Assembly: GCA_965243135.1 (NCBI GenBank)
Contig: OZ251539.1
Location: forward strand, 1,120,001-1,184,000
Origin: Alphaproteobacteria bacterium
GTDB taxonomy: Bacteria > Pseudomonadota > Alphaproteobacteria > MPNO01 > UBA830
DNA length: 64,000 nucleotides
Direction: 5' to 3'
This document shows positions 1 through 9,180 of the stretch, piece by piece (position 1 is the stretch's first letter; each line of letters begins with the position of its first letter). The translations under genes were made by a program, and so were the position numbers. The notes beneath the pieces were generated by a model. It saw only the letters and a program-made list of their open reading frames with translations, was not told the DNA's origin and did no database searches.

Positions 1-1241
1 AGCCTCGTCTCACGGAACTACTTGGAGAATTCCGTATCGTCTATCTGACGGGACCCCGGCAGGCCGGGAAAACGACGCTTGCGCGTTCGATCTCCCGCGA
101 CCTGGGGCTGGAGTATTTCACGCTGGACGATCAGGCCACTCTAGCGTCCGCACAGACCGACCCGCGGGGATTCGTTCGCTCGTTGGGGCGGAAGCGCGCT
201 GTGCTGGACGAATTCCAATACGTCCCGGAATTGATCCCGGCCATCAAGGAAATATCCGACGGGCTCGGGCCGAGCGAGAAAGGCAAGTTTCTGCTGACGG
301 GTTCGGCGGACATTTTCCGCTCGGCCCGAACGCAGGAGACCCTGCCTGGGCATATGGCGAAGTTGGAGTTGCTGCCCCTCTCCGTAACCGAACTGCACGG
401 TCGGCGACTGAACGTCGTCGATTATCTGTCGGCCGGCGAGTTCGAGGATCTCGCGACTGCGCCGGCGACGCGGGAGGACATCGCCACTCTGGTTCTGCGC
501 GGCGGGTACCCGGAGGCGCAGGATAAGGGCCAGCGCAGCAGACAGGCATGGTTCCGATCCTATATCGAGGGCCGCCTCTACAAGGATTTCGAGACGCTGC
601 ACGCAGCTCGCGGCGATTACTTTTCCAGACTGCGCGCGTTGACGCCCTGGCTTGCCGGCGTCAGCGGCAATCTGTTGAAGTATTCAAATATCTCCAACGA
701 CCTGGATCTGGATGACAGGCTGAGCAAGCGCTACGTCGAAATACTCGAACTCATGTACATCGTTCGCCGCGCGCCGGCCTGGTTGAGAGGCAGGGCGAGA
801 CGTCTCGCGACGCGCATGCCCAAGCTTCATTACGTCGATACGGGGCTGGCCTGCCATCTGCTGGGCTTGCGCAACGAGCGGCAGCTATTGGAAAGCCGCT
901 ACTATGGCGGTCTGCTCGAAAGCCTGATCTGCATGGAGCTCTGCAAGCATGCCGCTTGGGCGGAAGAGGAAGTCAGCCTGTGGCATTTCAGGGACAAGAG
1001 AAAGCGGGAGGTGGACATCGTGCTCGAGCGCGGCGACGGGCGGGTCATCGGCGTCGAGGTGAAGGCATCCGCCAGCGTCAGGGGGGAGGATTTCAGGGGG
1101 CTCGCGGCATTGGCGGAGTTCGCCGGCGACGCCTTCGAGCGGGGCGTTCTGTTCTACGGCGGCGAACGGGCGTTGCCGTTCGGTTTCGGCGGGAGGCGTT
1201 TTCACGCTCTGCCCCTGGGAATGCTCTTGCCGCCCAGTTGA
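1..1241 (+). CDS. ATP-binding protein, AAA_14 + DUF4143 family (5' truncated by window edge)
   Basis: Frame is open from nt 3: Walker A LTGPRQAGKTT, Walker B VLDEFQ, LTGS, GGYPE, PKLHYVDTGL, and C-terminal REVDIVLE...IGVEVK nuclease-like motif. Confidence 0.85.
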   Translation, partial: PRLTELLGEFRIVYLTGPRQAGKTTLARSISRDLGLEYFTLDDQATLASAQTDPRGFVRSLGRKRAVLDEFQYVPELIPAIKEISDGLGPSEKGKFLLTGSADIFRSARTQETLPGHMAKLELLPLSVTELHGRRLNVVDYLSAGEFEDLATAPATREDIATLVLRGGYPEAQDKGQRSRQAWFRSYIEGRLYKDFETLHAARGDYFSRLRALTPWLAGVSGNLLKYSNISNDLDLDDRLSKRYVEILELMYIVRRAPAWLRGRARRLATRMPKLHYVDTGLACHLLGLRNERQLLESRYYGGLLESLICMELCKHAAWAEEEVSLWHFRDKRKREVDIVLERGDGRVIGVEVKASASVRGEDFRGLAALAEFAGDAFERGVLFYGGERALPFGFGGRRFHALPLGMLLPPS

Positions 1242-1413
1242 CTGCGGATTCCGCGTCCGGGGCGCCGCCGCATGTCCGGCGTCGGGCATCCGCGGCGCGG
1301 TGCCGGTTCCCGAGCGCGCGACCGCTTGCGCTGGCGGCCATGCCGTGCACAACTACCGTTTACCGAGACAGCGGCCGCAGGCTTCGGAACCGGCGGCGCG
1401 AAGGGAGACCGGC

Positions 1414-2229
1414 ATGACCGAAATCGGGTACATCGACTACGCAACGCTGGATGTCGACAAGAACGTCACATACGAAAGTCTGAGGGATCGCGTGGTGATC
1501 ATTACCGGCGCCGGGCAGGCGATCGGACGAGGCTACGCGCACTACTTTTCGGCGCAGGGAGCGGTCCCCGTGATCGCCGACCTCGATGGCGGCAATGCGG
1601 AAAGGGTGAAGGAAGAAATCGAGGCGAAGGGCGGCAGGGCGCTCGCTCTGGAGGTCGACGTGGCGGTGGAATCGTCGGCGAACCAGATGGCCGACGAAGC
1701 CCTGTCCGCTTTCGGCCGGATCGACGTCCTGATCAACAACGCCGCCGTTTTTTCCCGGATCACGATGGCGCCGTTCTGGGAACTGCCGGGCGACGAGTGG
1801 TTGCGCGCGGTGGACGTCAACGTGAACGGCGCCTTCTGGTGCTCCCGCGCCGTGGTTCCGCACATGATCGCATCGCGGTGGGGACGCATCGTCAACATTT
1901 CCTCGGGCACGACCGTACTCGGACGCCCCAACTACCTGCATTACATCACGACGAAGTCGGCGGTGATCGGCATGACCCGGTCGATGGCGCGCGAACTGGG
2001 ACCCTACGGGATTACGGTGAACACGTTCTGGCCCGGCGTGATGCAGACGGAAATCGAACGTCCGTCCGTGCCGCGCGAGATGTTCGCGAAGTTCACCGAG
2101 GCGCAGTGCATTCCGCGGCAAGGCACGATCCACGACCTCGCCAAGGCAATGCTGTTCCTGTGTTCCGACGAAGCGGCCTACATCACGGGCCAGGGAATGA
2201 TCGTCGATGGCGGACACAGCTTCCTGTGA
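1414..2229 (+). CDS. Short-chain dehydrogenase/reductase (SDR)
   Basis: TGAGQAIG, NNAA and YITTK motifs; GGGAGA RBS before ATG 1414. Confidence 0.9.
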   Translation: MTEIGYIDYATLDVDKNVTYESLRDRVVIITGAGQAIGRGYAHYFSAQGAVPVIADLDGGNAERVKEEIEAKGGRALALEVDVAVESSANQMADEALSAFGRIDVLINNAAVFSRITMAPFWELPGDEWLRAVDVNVNGAFWCSRAVVPHMIASRWGRIVNISSGTTVLGRPNYLHYITTKSAVIGMTRSMARELGPYGITVNTFWPGVMQTEIERPSVPREMFAKFTEAQCIPRQGTIHDLAKAMLFLCSDEAAYITGQGMIVDGGHSFL

Positions 2230-2815
2230 CTGGTCTTCCTATTACGAGAAGACCGGAGACCGTCCGCCGCGGCGAACGTTGCTGGCGGCGTTGGACGCGT
2301 TCGATGCGGAGGGCCGACCGCGAAATGCGCGCGCCGTCGATCTCGGATGCGGATCCGGACGCGACGCCGTCGAAATTCTCCGGCGCGGCTGGCGGCTTCT
2401 CGCGGTGGACGCCGCGCCGGAGGCGATAACCGCATTGCGCGCCCGCCGCGACCTGCCGGCCGGCGCCCGCGTCGACGCGTTGGTGTCGCGGCACGAGGAG
2501 GCGCTCCTCCCGCCCTGCGATCTCGTCAACGCGTCGTTCTCGCTGCCGCTATGCTCCGCAGCCGCGTTTCCGTCCGTGTGGAACAAGATCCTCGCCGCGC
2601 TGCGGCCGGGCGGAAGGTTTTCGGGGCAGTTGTACGGCGACCGCGACTCGTGGTTCGGGAATCCGGGCATCACCCATTTGCGGCGCGCCGAGGTGGACGA
2701 GTTGCTGTCGGGTCTTGAGATCGAGTTGCTCGAAGAAGAAGAGGAGGACTCCGTGACGCCGCGCGGAAGGCGGAAGCACTGGCATATTTTCCATATCGTC
2801 GCGAGGAAAGGATGA
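2207..2815 (+). CDS. Class I SAM-dependent methyltransferase (TehB-like)
   Basis: VDLGCGSGRD motif I, LRPGGRF, HWHIFHIVARK C-terminus; overlaps the SDR 3' end. Confidence 0.85.
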   Translation: MADTASCDWSSYYEKTGDRPPRRTLLAALDAFDAEGRPRNARAVDLGCGSGRDAVEILRRGWRLLAVDAAPEAITALRARRDLPAGARVDALVSRHEEALLPPCDLVNASFSLPLCSAAAFPSVWNKILAALRPGGRFSGQLYGDRDSWFGNPGITHLRRAEVDELLSGLEIELLEEEEEDSVTPRGRRKHWHIFHIVARKG

Positions 2816-2865
2816 ACGCCGCCGCCGTCCCGGCACCTTGACTCACCGACCAACCCATCCCCATA

Positions 2866-2891
2866 CCGCCCTCGCGACAGGGATTGCCGAC
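2866..2891 (+). repeat. 26-bp dispersed motif, copy 1
   Basis: CCGCCCTCGCGACAGGGATTGCCGAC; 23/26 identical to 25552-25577. Confidence 0.5.
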
Positions 2892-2956
2892 CCGAACCTG
2901 CGGCGGCTTTTCGCGGAGGCGGCTGCCGAAATGTCCGAACGGGACCTCGCCCGGCT

Positions 2957-4486
2957 TCAGGCGGGCTCGCAATCGAACCCGACGACGTTGCGCTCCTCGC
3001 GGCTGAACTCCACCCCGATCAGGTGGACCGAACGCCCGAGATGGCGGTACTTGTCCGCGTAGCCCTTCTCCCGCAGCTGCGCGATCGCGGTCCCCTCCCG
3101 CCCGCGCTCCACCACCTTGAACTCGAACAGGTAGACGCGCCCGCCGGCGCGAACCGCCATGTCGGCGCGCCCCCGGCTGCCGCTGTCCTCCGCGACCGGC
3201 TCGAGGCCCTCCATCAGGAAGCAGCTGTGGATGACGCTCGCGTAGTGGGCCTCGTACTTCGCGACGGGGCTGGTCGCGTACCACTGGTGCGGGATGGCGG
3301 CGAAAATGCCGCGGAACAGGGTTTCGAGACGCTTGAAGTCGTTCGCCTCCAGCAATTCGCCCAGCCGCAGGTTCTCCGTCTCCTCGCGGGCCTCGACCGG
3401 GAGCAGTTCTCCCAGCAGGGCCTCGCCCAGGCTCCGGCGCACCTCGAGGTTCGGGTAGCCCAGCCTGTAGCGCCCGTCCTCCTCGCCCGCGATGGTGAGG
3501 TAGCCGGTCTGGAACAGAAGCGCCTCGATCGAGACATTGTCCACGTCGACGGACGAAAGCAGGCTCTCGCTGCCGGTCATGCCGTCCAGGCGGGGAGTGG
3601 GCAGGTCGCGGCGCGCCAGCGTCTCGACCAGGAAGGTCGGCGTGCCGCTCTGGAACCAGTACGGGCGGAACTCGCGTCGCCGAAACAGCAGCAGCAGACC
3701 GAACGGGTTGTAGACCTTCTCCGGCCCGCGCCAGTTGTAGCCGTTGTACCAGCGCCGGATCTCGTCCCGGTCCAGGCCCTCGAGTTCCGGGGCGAAGACC
3801 GCGTCCAGTTCGTCGTCCGTGCAGCCGCAGATGTCCGAGAACTCCGGCTCCAGCGTGACGTCGATCAGGTTATTCAAGCCCGAGAACAGGCCCGATAACT
3901 TGCTCACCCCCGTCAGGAAAACGAAACGGAGCTGCTCGTCGCAGTCCTTGATCACTCCGTACAGGTCGCGCAGGAAGCCGCGGTTGGCCAGCGCCAGCTC
4001 CCGGTCGCCGAGCGCGTCCAGGATCGGCTTGTCGTATTCGTCCACCAGCACGGCCGTCCGCTGCCCGGTGCGCTCGTGCAGCGTCCTTATCAGGCGCCGA
4101 AAACGGACCGCCGCCTCGCCAGCTCCTGGTTCGAGGCCGGCCAGCCGCTCCGTCTCCTCCAGCTGGTCCTCCACATCTTTCCGAACGCGGTCCGGGACGA
4201 CGAAATTGCGCCCGCCGAAGCTGAGCCGCACGACCGGGTGGCGCGCCGACCAGTCCCACCTGCCGTGCACGGCGAGATCCCGGAACAACTCCTCGCTTCC
4301 CTCGAACAGCTCCTGCAGCGTGTCCACCAGCAGGGTCTTGCCGAACCGGCGCGGACGCGACAGGAAGTAGTACTTGCCGCCCTCGACGAGGCGGCGCGCA
4401 TGCTCCGTCTTGTCGACGTAGTAGCAGTCCATCTCGCGGATCTCCCGGAGGGAGGAAAAGCCGATCGGAAGCATGCGTCTCGCCAT
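2957..4486 (-). CDS. AAA-ATPase-like + PD-(D/E)XK nuclease (PDDEXK_9) protein, intact copy A
   Basis: LPIG..F..IR, YYVDKT, SRPRRFGKT (Walker A), VDEYDKP (Walker B), WYNGY, YNPF, GRADM...YLFEFK nuclease motif; 509 aa from ATG 4486. Confidence 0.9.
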   Translation of the reverse strand: MARRMLPIGFSSLREIREMDCYYVDKTEHARRLVEGGKYYFLSRPRRFGKTLLVDTLQELFEGSEELFRDLAVHGRWDWSARHPVVRLSFGGRNFVVPDRVRKDVEDQLEETERLAGLEPGAGEAAVRFRRLIRTLHERTGQRTAVLVDEYDKPILDALGDRELALANRGFLRDLYGVIKDCDEQLRFVFLTGVSKLSGLFSGLNNLIDVTLEPEFSDICGCTDDELDAVFAPELEGLDRDEIRRWYNGYNWRGPEKVYNPFGLLLLFRRREFRPYWFQSGTPTFLVETLARRDLPTPRLDGMTGSESLLSSVDVDNVSIEALLFQTGYLTIAGEEDGRYRLGYPNLEVRRSLGEALLGELLPVEAREETENLRLGELLEANDFKRLETLFRGIFAAIPHQWYATSPVAKYEAHYASVIHSCFLMEGLEPVAEDSGSRGRADMAVRAGGRVYLFEFKVVERGREGTAIAQLREKGYADKYRHLGRSVHLIGVEFSREERNVVGFDCEPA

Positions 4487-4492
4487 CTTGGC

Positions 4493-4521
4493 AGGATAGA
4501 CCGCCATGCCGGAGCCATCAA
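4493..4521 (-). promoter_or_regulatory. Sigma70-type promoter, leaderless architecture
   Basis: TTGATG-N17-TATCCT-N6-ATG; same spacing in the paralog at 29678. Confidence 0.65.
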
Positions 4522-5071
4522 GGAGATGGCGGCCGCGCGGCGGCAGCTTCCGCCGGCGGACGGGGCGTCACGGCGCTCGTCTTCCTTCCCGGAGTTCTTT
4601 TCCGGCGCCGACGTTTTCTCGCCGGCCCGCGGCGCGTCCCTTTCGCCGGGCTTTCGCCCGGCGCGGCCGTTCGCTGCAGGGGCGGCCGTTCGCTGCAGGG
4701 GCGGCGTCCGGGCGGGAGGCAGCGAAAACGGCGGTTTGCCGCGCCCGGGGCAATGGTTCAACTCGCGTTGCGCATGCGCCGAAGCCGGCCGCGCGCTCGC
4801 CGACACGCTGGGCAACTGCAACGCGGCTCTCGCTCCCGGAGCGGTGGTCGTCGCGGAAAACGTGCCGCCGCTGCTCGCGGCCGCGGTGCATTTCGAAGAG
4901 AACGCGCAGGCGTTGCGTGTGGCTACGTCGCTTGGAACCGTGCGGCCTTTGACGGGCGCGTTCAATTCGCGCTTCGACCGAAGCGCGCATGTCGCCAAGC
5001 TTTGGGGATACTGCGTCGGGCGCGCCAGCAGGCGCCATGCCTCGAAATTTCCGGAACGGAGGAAGAGGAAC

Positions 5072-5145
5072 TGGAGCGGGCGAAGGGAATCGAACCCTCG
5101 TCGTAAGCTTGGGAAGCTTCTGCTCTGCCATTGAGCTACGCCCGC
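5072..5145 (-). tRNA. tRNA-Gly(CCC), copy 1
   Basis: GCGGGCGTAGCTCAATGG...CTTCCCAAG...GGTTCGATTCCC...CTCCA; 74 nt cloverleaf with encoded CCA. Confidence 0.95.
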
Positions 5146-5157
5146 ATAGCGTTGCCG

Positions 5158-5185
5158 AGTCTATGCCGTCTCGGCGAAATGGCAA
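5158..5185 (-). promoter_or_regulatory. Putative promoter of tRNA-Gly copy 1
   Basis: TTGCCA-N16-TAGACT, 12 nt upstream of the tRNA. Confidence 0.5.
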
Positions 5186-5248
5186 GAGGCCGGCGCGCCG
5201 ACGAGGCTGGCTCGCGAACTCGGCGCCGCAGGACGTTCAGCATGAAGG

Positions 5249-5322
5249 TGGAGCGGGCGAAGGGAATCGAACCCATGTCGTAAGCTTGGGAAGCTTCTGC
5301 TCTGCCATTGAGCTACGCCCGC
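5249..5322 (-). tRNA. tRNA-Gly(CCC), copy 2 (T-stem mismatch)
   Basis: Identical to copy 1 except GA->AT at the start of the T-stem. Confidence 0.9.
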
Positions 5323-5330
5323 GCATCTGG

Positions 5331-5358
5331 AAATTACCCGCACCCTGCGAATCGACAA
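5331..5358 (-). promoter_or_regulatory. Putative promoter of tRNA-Gly copy 2
   Basis: TTGTCG-N16-TAATTT, 8 nt upstream of the tRNA. Confidence 0.45.
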
Positions 5359-5797
5359 GCGCCCGGCAGGCGCGGCGCGGGGATATCTGTGGATATCTTG
5401 GGAATTGCGCATGACGGAGCCGTTCTTGCCGTCGGTCGCGCAAGGAATCGCTCCGCACGTCGTCCTTTCTCAGTCCGGCGCGCGGCCTGCGCCATCCTTC
5501 CTCGGCCCGCATGGATCGCTCGCTTTCGTATATAATTTTCGGCATCGTCTCGTTACCGCAATTCCTTGAGGAACGACGGAATGAGGAAGGCGCTTTCCTT
5601 GCCGCGACGCGAACCCGATGGGTTCCGCGAGAAGAGCGACTGAGCAAGAGGCCGCGCTGCGAGCCTGTCGGAGGGGCGGGGCCTCGTCCGCTGTAGTCAC
5701 GGCCGCCGCCGCCGCTTATCATGTTTCGTCGGGGGCAGGCGTTGCGGGGATGCGCTTCGGCGGCCGGCTGCCGCGCAAGAGGTCGAGGGAGAATGGA

Positions 5798-6652
5798 ATG
5801 AAAATTTGCCGTTTCAACGACGACCGGCTGGGGCTGGTGGAAGGCGAGGAAATCGTCGACGTAACCGCGGCGCTTGACGTCATCCCGCCCGCGAGATGGC
5901 CGGCGCCGCCCGGCGATTCGCTGATCGCCAACCTCGAGGCGGTCAGCGCCAGAGTTCGCGAACTCGCTCCCTCGGGCGCGCGGCGCGCGGTTGGCGAGGT
6001 CAGGTTGAACAGTCCGGTCGCCAACCCTACGAAGGTCATCGGAGCGCCGGTCAACTATCACGCCCACAAGGAAGAATCGATCAAGGACGAGGGCGTCAGC
6101 TTCGGACGGGAAATCAAGACCATCGACCATTACGGCCTGTTCCTGAAGAATCCGGTTCTGACGGGCCCCGCCGATGGCGTGGCGCTGCATTTCACGGACC
6201 GCCGCAACGATCACGAAGTCGAATTGTCCATGGTGATCGGCAGGACGGCGAAGAACGTGGGTTACGACGAGGCGCTCGATTACGTGGCCGGATACGCCAT
6301 CGGTCTCGACATGACCGTGCGCGGCACCGAGGAACGCAGCCTGCGGAAGGCCATCGACAGCTATTCCGTGCTCGGGCCCTGGCTGGTGACCGCCGACGAG
6401 ATCGCCGATCCCGACAAGCTCGGCTTTTCGATCAGGGTCGGCGACGAGGAGCGGCAGAACTCGAACACCGAAAAGCTGATTTTCGACTGCAGAAAGCTGA
6501 TCGAGTACGGGTCCAGCTTCTATACGCTCTATCCGGGCGACGTGATCATGACGGGCACGCCGGAAGGCGTGGGACCCGTTCGTCCGGGAGACGTGATGCA
6601 CTGCCGCTGCGAGGGCGTCGGCAGCATGGACGTCGCCGTTCGGGCGGCCTGA
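5798..6652 (+). CDS. Fumarylacetoacetate hydrolase family protein
   Basis: NY..H..E, DHEVEL, IGLDMTVR, RKAID, LGPWLVT, LYPGDVIMTGTPEGVG. Confidence 0.92.
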   Translation: MKICRFNDDRLGLVEGEEIVDVTAALDVIPPARWPAPPGDSLIANLEAVSARVRELAPSGARRAVGEVRLNSPVANPTKVIGAPVNYHAHKEESIKDEGVSFGREIKTIDHYGLFLKNPVLTGPADGVALHFTDRRNDHEVELSMVIGRTAKNVGYDEALDYVAGYAIGLDMTVRGTEERSLRKAIDSYSVLGPWLVTADEIADPDKLGFSIRVGDEERQNSNTEKLIFDCRKLIEYGSSFYTLYPGDVIMTGTPEGVGPVRPGDVMHCRCEGVGSMDVAVRAA

Positions 6653-7050
6653 TGGCGGAACGTCTGGTCGGGCGGCTCGCGACCGGCGTCGGCATGGGCA
6701 GGACGTTCACCCGGCTCGACTGGGCGCGTCGGCAGTTTATGGAAAAACTCGGAATCGATCCCTTTCCGGGGACGCTCAACGTCATCGTCGACGACCCGGA
6801 TTCGATGCCGGTGTGGGTCCGGCTCAAGCGGACGGAAGGCGTTCGCATGAACAACCCGAACGACGGACCGCAAGATTGCGACGCGAAGTGCTGGCCGGCG
6901 TTCATCGGCGGCAAGATCGAGGGCGCCATCGTTTTTCCCCTCGTCGAGAACTATCCGCCTGCGCAGATCGAACTGATCGCGGAAGTCGACATGCGCGAGG
7001 CGCTCGGCATCGAAGACGGCGATGCCGTGGCGCTGACGGTGAACGCGTGA
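6652..7050 (+). CDS. Archaeal-type CTP-dependent riboflavin kinase-like protein (DUF120)
   Basis: G.LATGVGMG..F, QFMEKLGIDPFPGTLN, IELIA...MREALGIEDGD; TGATG-coupled to the upstream gene. Confidence 0.8.
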   Translation: MAERLVGRLATGVGMGRTFTRLDWARRQFMEKLGIDPFPGTLNVIVDDPDSMPVWVRLKRTEGVRMNNPNDGPQDCDAKCWPAFIGGKIEGAIVFPLVENYPPAQIELIAEVDMREALGIEDGDAVALTVNA

Positions 7051-8123
7051 CGATTTCCCGGGCGACCGCCGAGCTTTGGGTCTTTCCGCTTTCCGGCCCG
7101 ACCGGCGGGTCCGGCATTACCGCGGTCGACGTCGTCGTGGTCGACCTCGAGGATTCCGGCGGCGCCTCCGGAACCGGTTTCTCCTACGTGCTCGGAGGCG
7201 GCGGGCGTACGGTCCTGTCGGCGGCGAGGGACATGTTGGGACGGTTCGTGGAGGGCGGCGAGCCGCTTCCGCCTCCAGCGCTCTGGCGGAGGCTCGCCGG
7301 TTCTCTTAACCGGCTCGGACGCGGCGTCGGCTATCTGGCCATTGCGGCCATCGACGTCGCGATGTGGGATCTCCATGCGCGTCGTCTCGGCATGCCTCTG
7401 GCGGAAGCTCTCGGCGGCGAAGCGCGGATTTTGCCGGTATACGGTTCGGGCGGCTTTGGGCCGGCGCAGTCGCCGGAAGCGGCGGTGTCGCGCGCTCTGG
7501 AGTACGAGGCGATGGGATGCCGCGCGGTGAAGCTCCGCGTCGCCGGCGAAGCTCCCGACGTTCGCCGCATCGAAGCCGTCGCCGGGGCTCTGCCCGACCA
7601 TGTCCGCATCATGGCGGACGCGAACGAGAAATGCGATCTCTTGCGCGCTCGGTGGCTGGTCAACGCTTTGGCCGATGTCGACGCCCTGTGGCTCGAAGAA
7701 CCCTTGCCGGCGCACGATACCGCCGGATTCGCGATGCTGGCCCGGAACAGCCCGGTTCCGATCGCCGCCGGGGAGCATCACCAAGGGGTTGTCGAACTGG
7801 CTCCGTTGATGGCGGAGCGCGCCGTATCCGTCGTTCAACCCGACCTCGCCATGATGGGAGGGATAACGGAGTGCCTGCGCGTCGCGCAAATCGCCGAATA
7901 TCACAACCTCGTGGTCTCGCCGCATTTTCTGCCGGCATTGTTCGTTCACGTCGCGGCCGCGGCTCCGGCGATACGCTGGCTGGAGGACTTTCCATTGCTG
8001 GAGCCGTTGTTCGACTCGCCGGCGACGATGAACGGCGAAGGGAACGTCGCGCCGCCGAAGGAGCCGGGGCACGGGCTGGTCTGGGCGGACGGCGCCCGGC
8101 GCGAATACCGCGTGGACGCATGA
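7047..8123 (+). CDS. Mandelate racemase/muconate lactonizing enzyme family enolase
   Basis: AAIDVAMWDL, MADAN, WLEEP, IAAGE, QPD..MGGIT, SPH; GTG start overlapping the upstream stop. Confidence 0.9.
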   Translation: MTISRATAELWVFPLSGPTGGSGITAVDVVVVDLEDSGGASGTGFSYVLGGGGRTVLSAARDMLGRFVEGGEPLPPPALWRRLAGSLNRLGRGVGYLAIAAIDVAMWDLHARRLGMPLAEALGGEARILPVYGSGGFGPAQSPEAAVSRALEYEAMGCRAVKLRVAGEAPDVRRIEAVAGALPDHVRIMADANEKCDLLRARWLVNALADVDALWLEEPLPAHDTAGFAMLARNSPVPIAAGEHHQGVVELAPLMAERAVSVVQPDLAMMGGITECLRVAQIAEYHNLVVSPHFLPALFVHVAAAAPAIRWLEDFPLLEPLFDSPATMNGEGNVAPPKEPGHGLVWADGARREYRVDA

Positions 8124-8980
8124 GGCTCTGCCGTTACAACGACGACAAGCTGGGGCTGGTCAAGGGCGACCAGTTGATCGACGTTACCCTGGCGCTGGAG
8201 GCGATTCCCGAGACGCGTTGGCCGAGGCCTCACGGCGACGCGATGATCGCGCATCTCGAGGCGGTCCAGGAGGGCGTTCTCGCCAACCGGAAAAACGGAT
8301 ATGTGCAGGGAGTGGCCAATGTCGTTCTGCGCAGTCCGGTTGCCAATCCGGCCAAGATTATCGGCGCGCCGGCCAATTACATGGACCATGTGGCCGAGGC
8401 GCGCCGCGACCCGGGCATCAATTTCGGCCGCGAAACCAGGACGATCGAAGCCTGCGGCCTGTTCTTGAAAGCGAATTCGTCGCTGGCGGGAGCGGGCGAG
8501 GGGATCGACCTCGGCGGCGGCGGCAGGCGCGTCGATCACGAGGTCGAGGTCGCCGCGATCGTCGGGCGGACGGCGAAGAACGTCGTTCGGGACGAAGCGT
8601 TGGACTGCGTGGCCGGTTACGCGATCGGCCTCGACGTGACGGTGCGCGGAGTCGAGGATCGCAGCCTTCGCAAATCGCTCGACTCCTTCGCCTTGCTCGG
8701 TCCCTGGATGACCACGGCCGACGAAATCGATGACCCCGACGATCTCGGCTTCCGGCTTGCGGTCAACGGCGAAACCCGTCAGGAGTCGAATACGCGGCAT
8801 CTCGTCTTCGGTTTCCGCAGGTTGATCGAATACGCTTCCCGCTTCTACACCCTCTATCCCGGCGACATTCTGATGACGGGAACTCCCGCGGGCGTCGGTC
8901 CGTTGGAGGACGGCGACCGCATCGCATGCGAAGTCGACGTAATCGGCCGAATGGAGGTCGAAGTGCGCCGCAAACGCTGA
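8120..8980 (+). CDS. Fumarylacetoacetate hydrolase family protein (second paralog)
   Basis: DHEVEV, IGLDVTVR, LYPGDILMTGTPAGVG; ATGA overlap. Confidence 0.92.
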   Translation: MRLCRYNDDKLGLVKGDQLIDVTLALEAIPETRWPRPHGDAMIAHLEAVQEGVLANRKNGYVQGVANVVLRSPVANPAKIIGAPANYMDHVAEARRDPGINFGRETRTIEACGLFLKANSSLAGAGEGIDLGGGGRRVDHEVEVAAIVGRTAKNVVRDEALDCVAGYAIGLDVTVRGVEDRSLRKSLDSFALLGPWMTTADEIDDPDDLGFRLAVNGETRQESNTRHLVFGFRRLIEYASRFYTLYPGDILMTGTPAGVGPLEDGDRIACEVDVIGRMEVEVRRKR

Positions 8981-9180
8981 TCCTCGCTTCGGCGACGGCA
9001 GGCGGGTACGAAGCATGGCGAACTTCGCCGATTCGCTCGCCCCCTCTGCGTCCGCGGGTTCGGACGCGCCGGAAACGGAAGCGGCTTCGCTCGCGTCCGC
9101 CGAGACTCCGACGGTCGGGTCGCGACAGCGCGCCGCCGGAGGGGCTGCGCCCCGCAGGGCGCGGCCGTTTCCGGGAGATC

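Noticed and set aside
4663-4705. 19-bp tandem repeat GCGGCCGTTCGCTGCAGGG, about 2.3 copies
   Set aside because: Simple slippage duplication with no spacers; not a CRISPR array. I saw no CRISPR array or cas gene in the window
5400-5790. AT-richer intergenic stretch with short ORFs as a toxin-antitoxin remnant or sRNA
   Set aside because: No convincing motif or structure; probably a divergent promoter region
9048-9067. Hairpin GCGTCCG/CGGACGC between convergent operons
   Set aside because: Short GC stem without a U-tract; common by chance at this GC content
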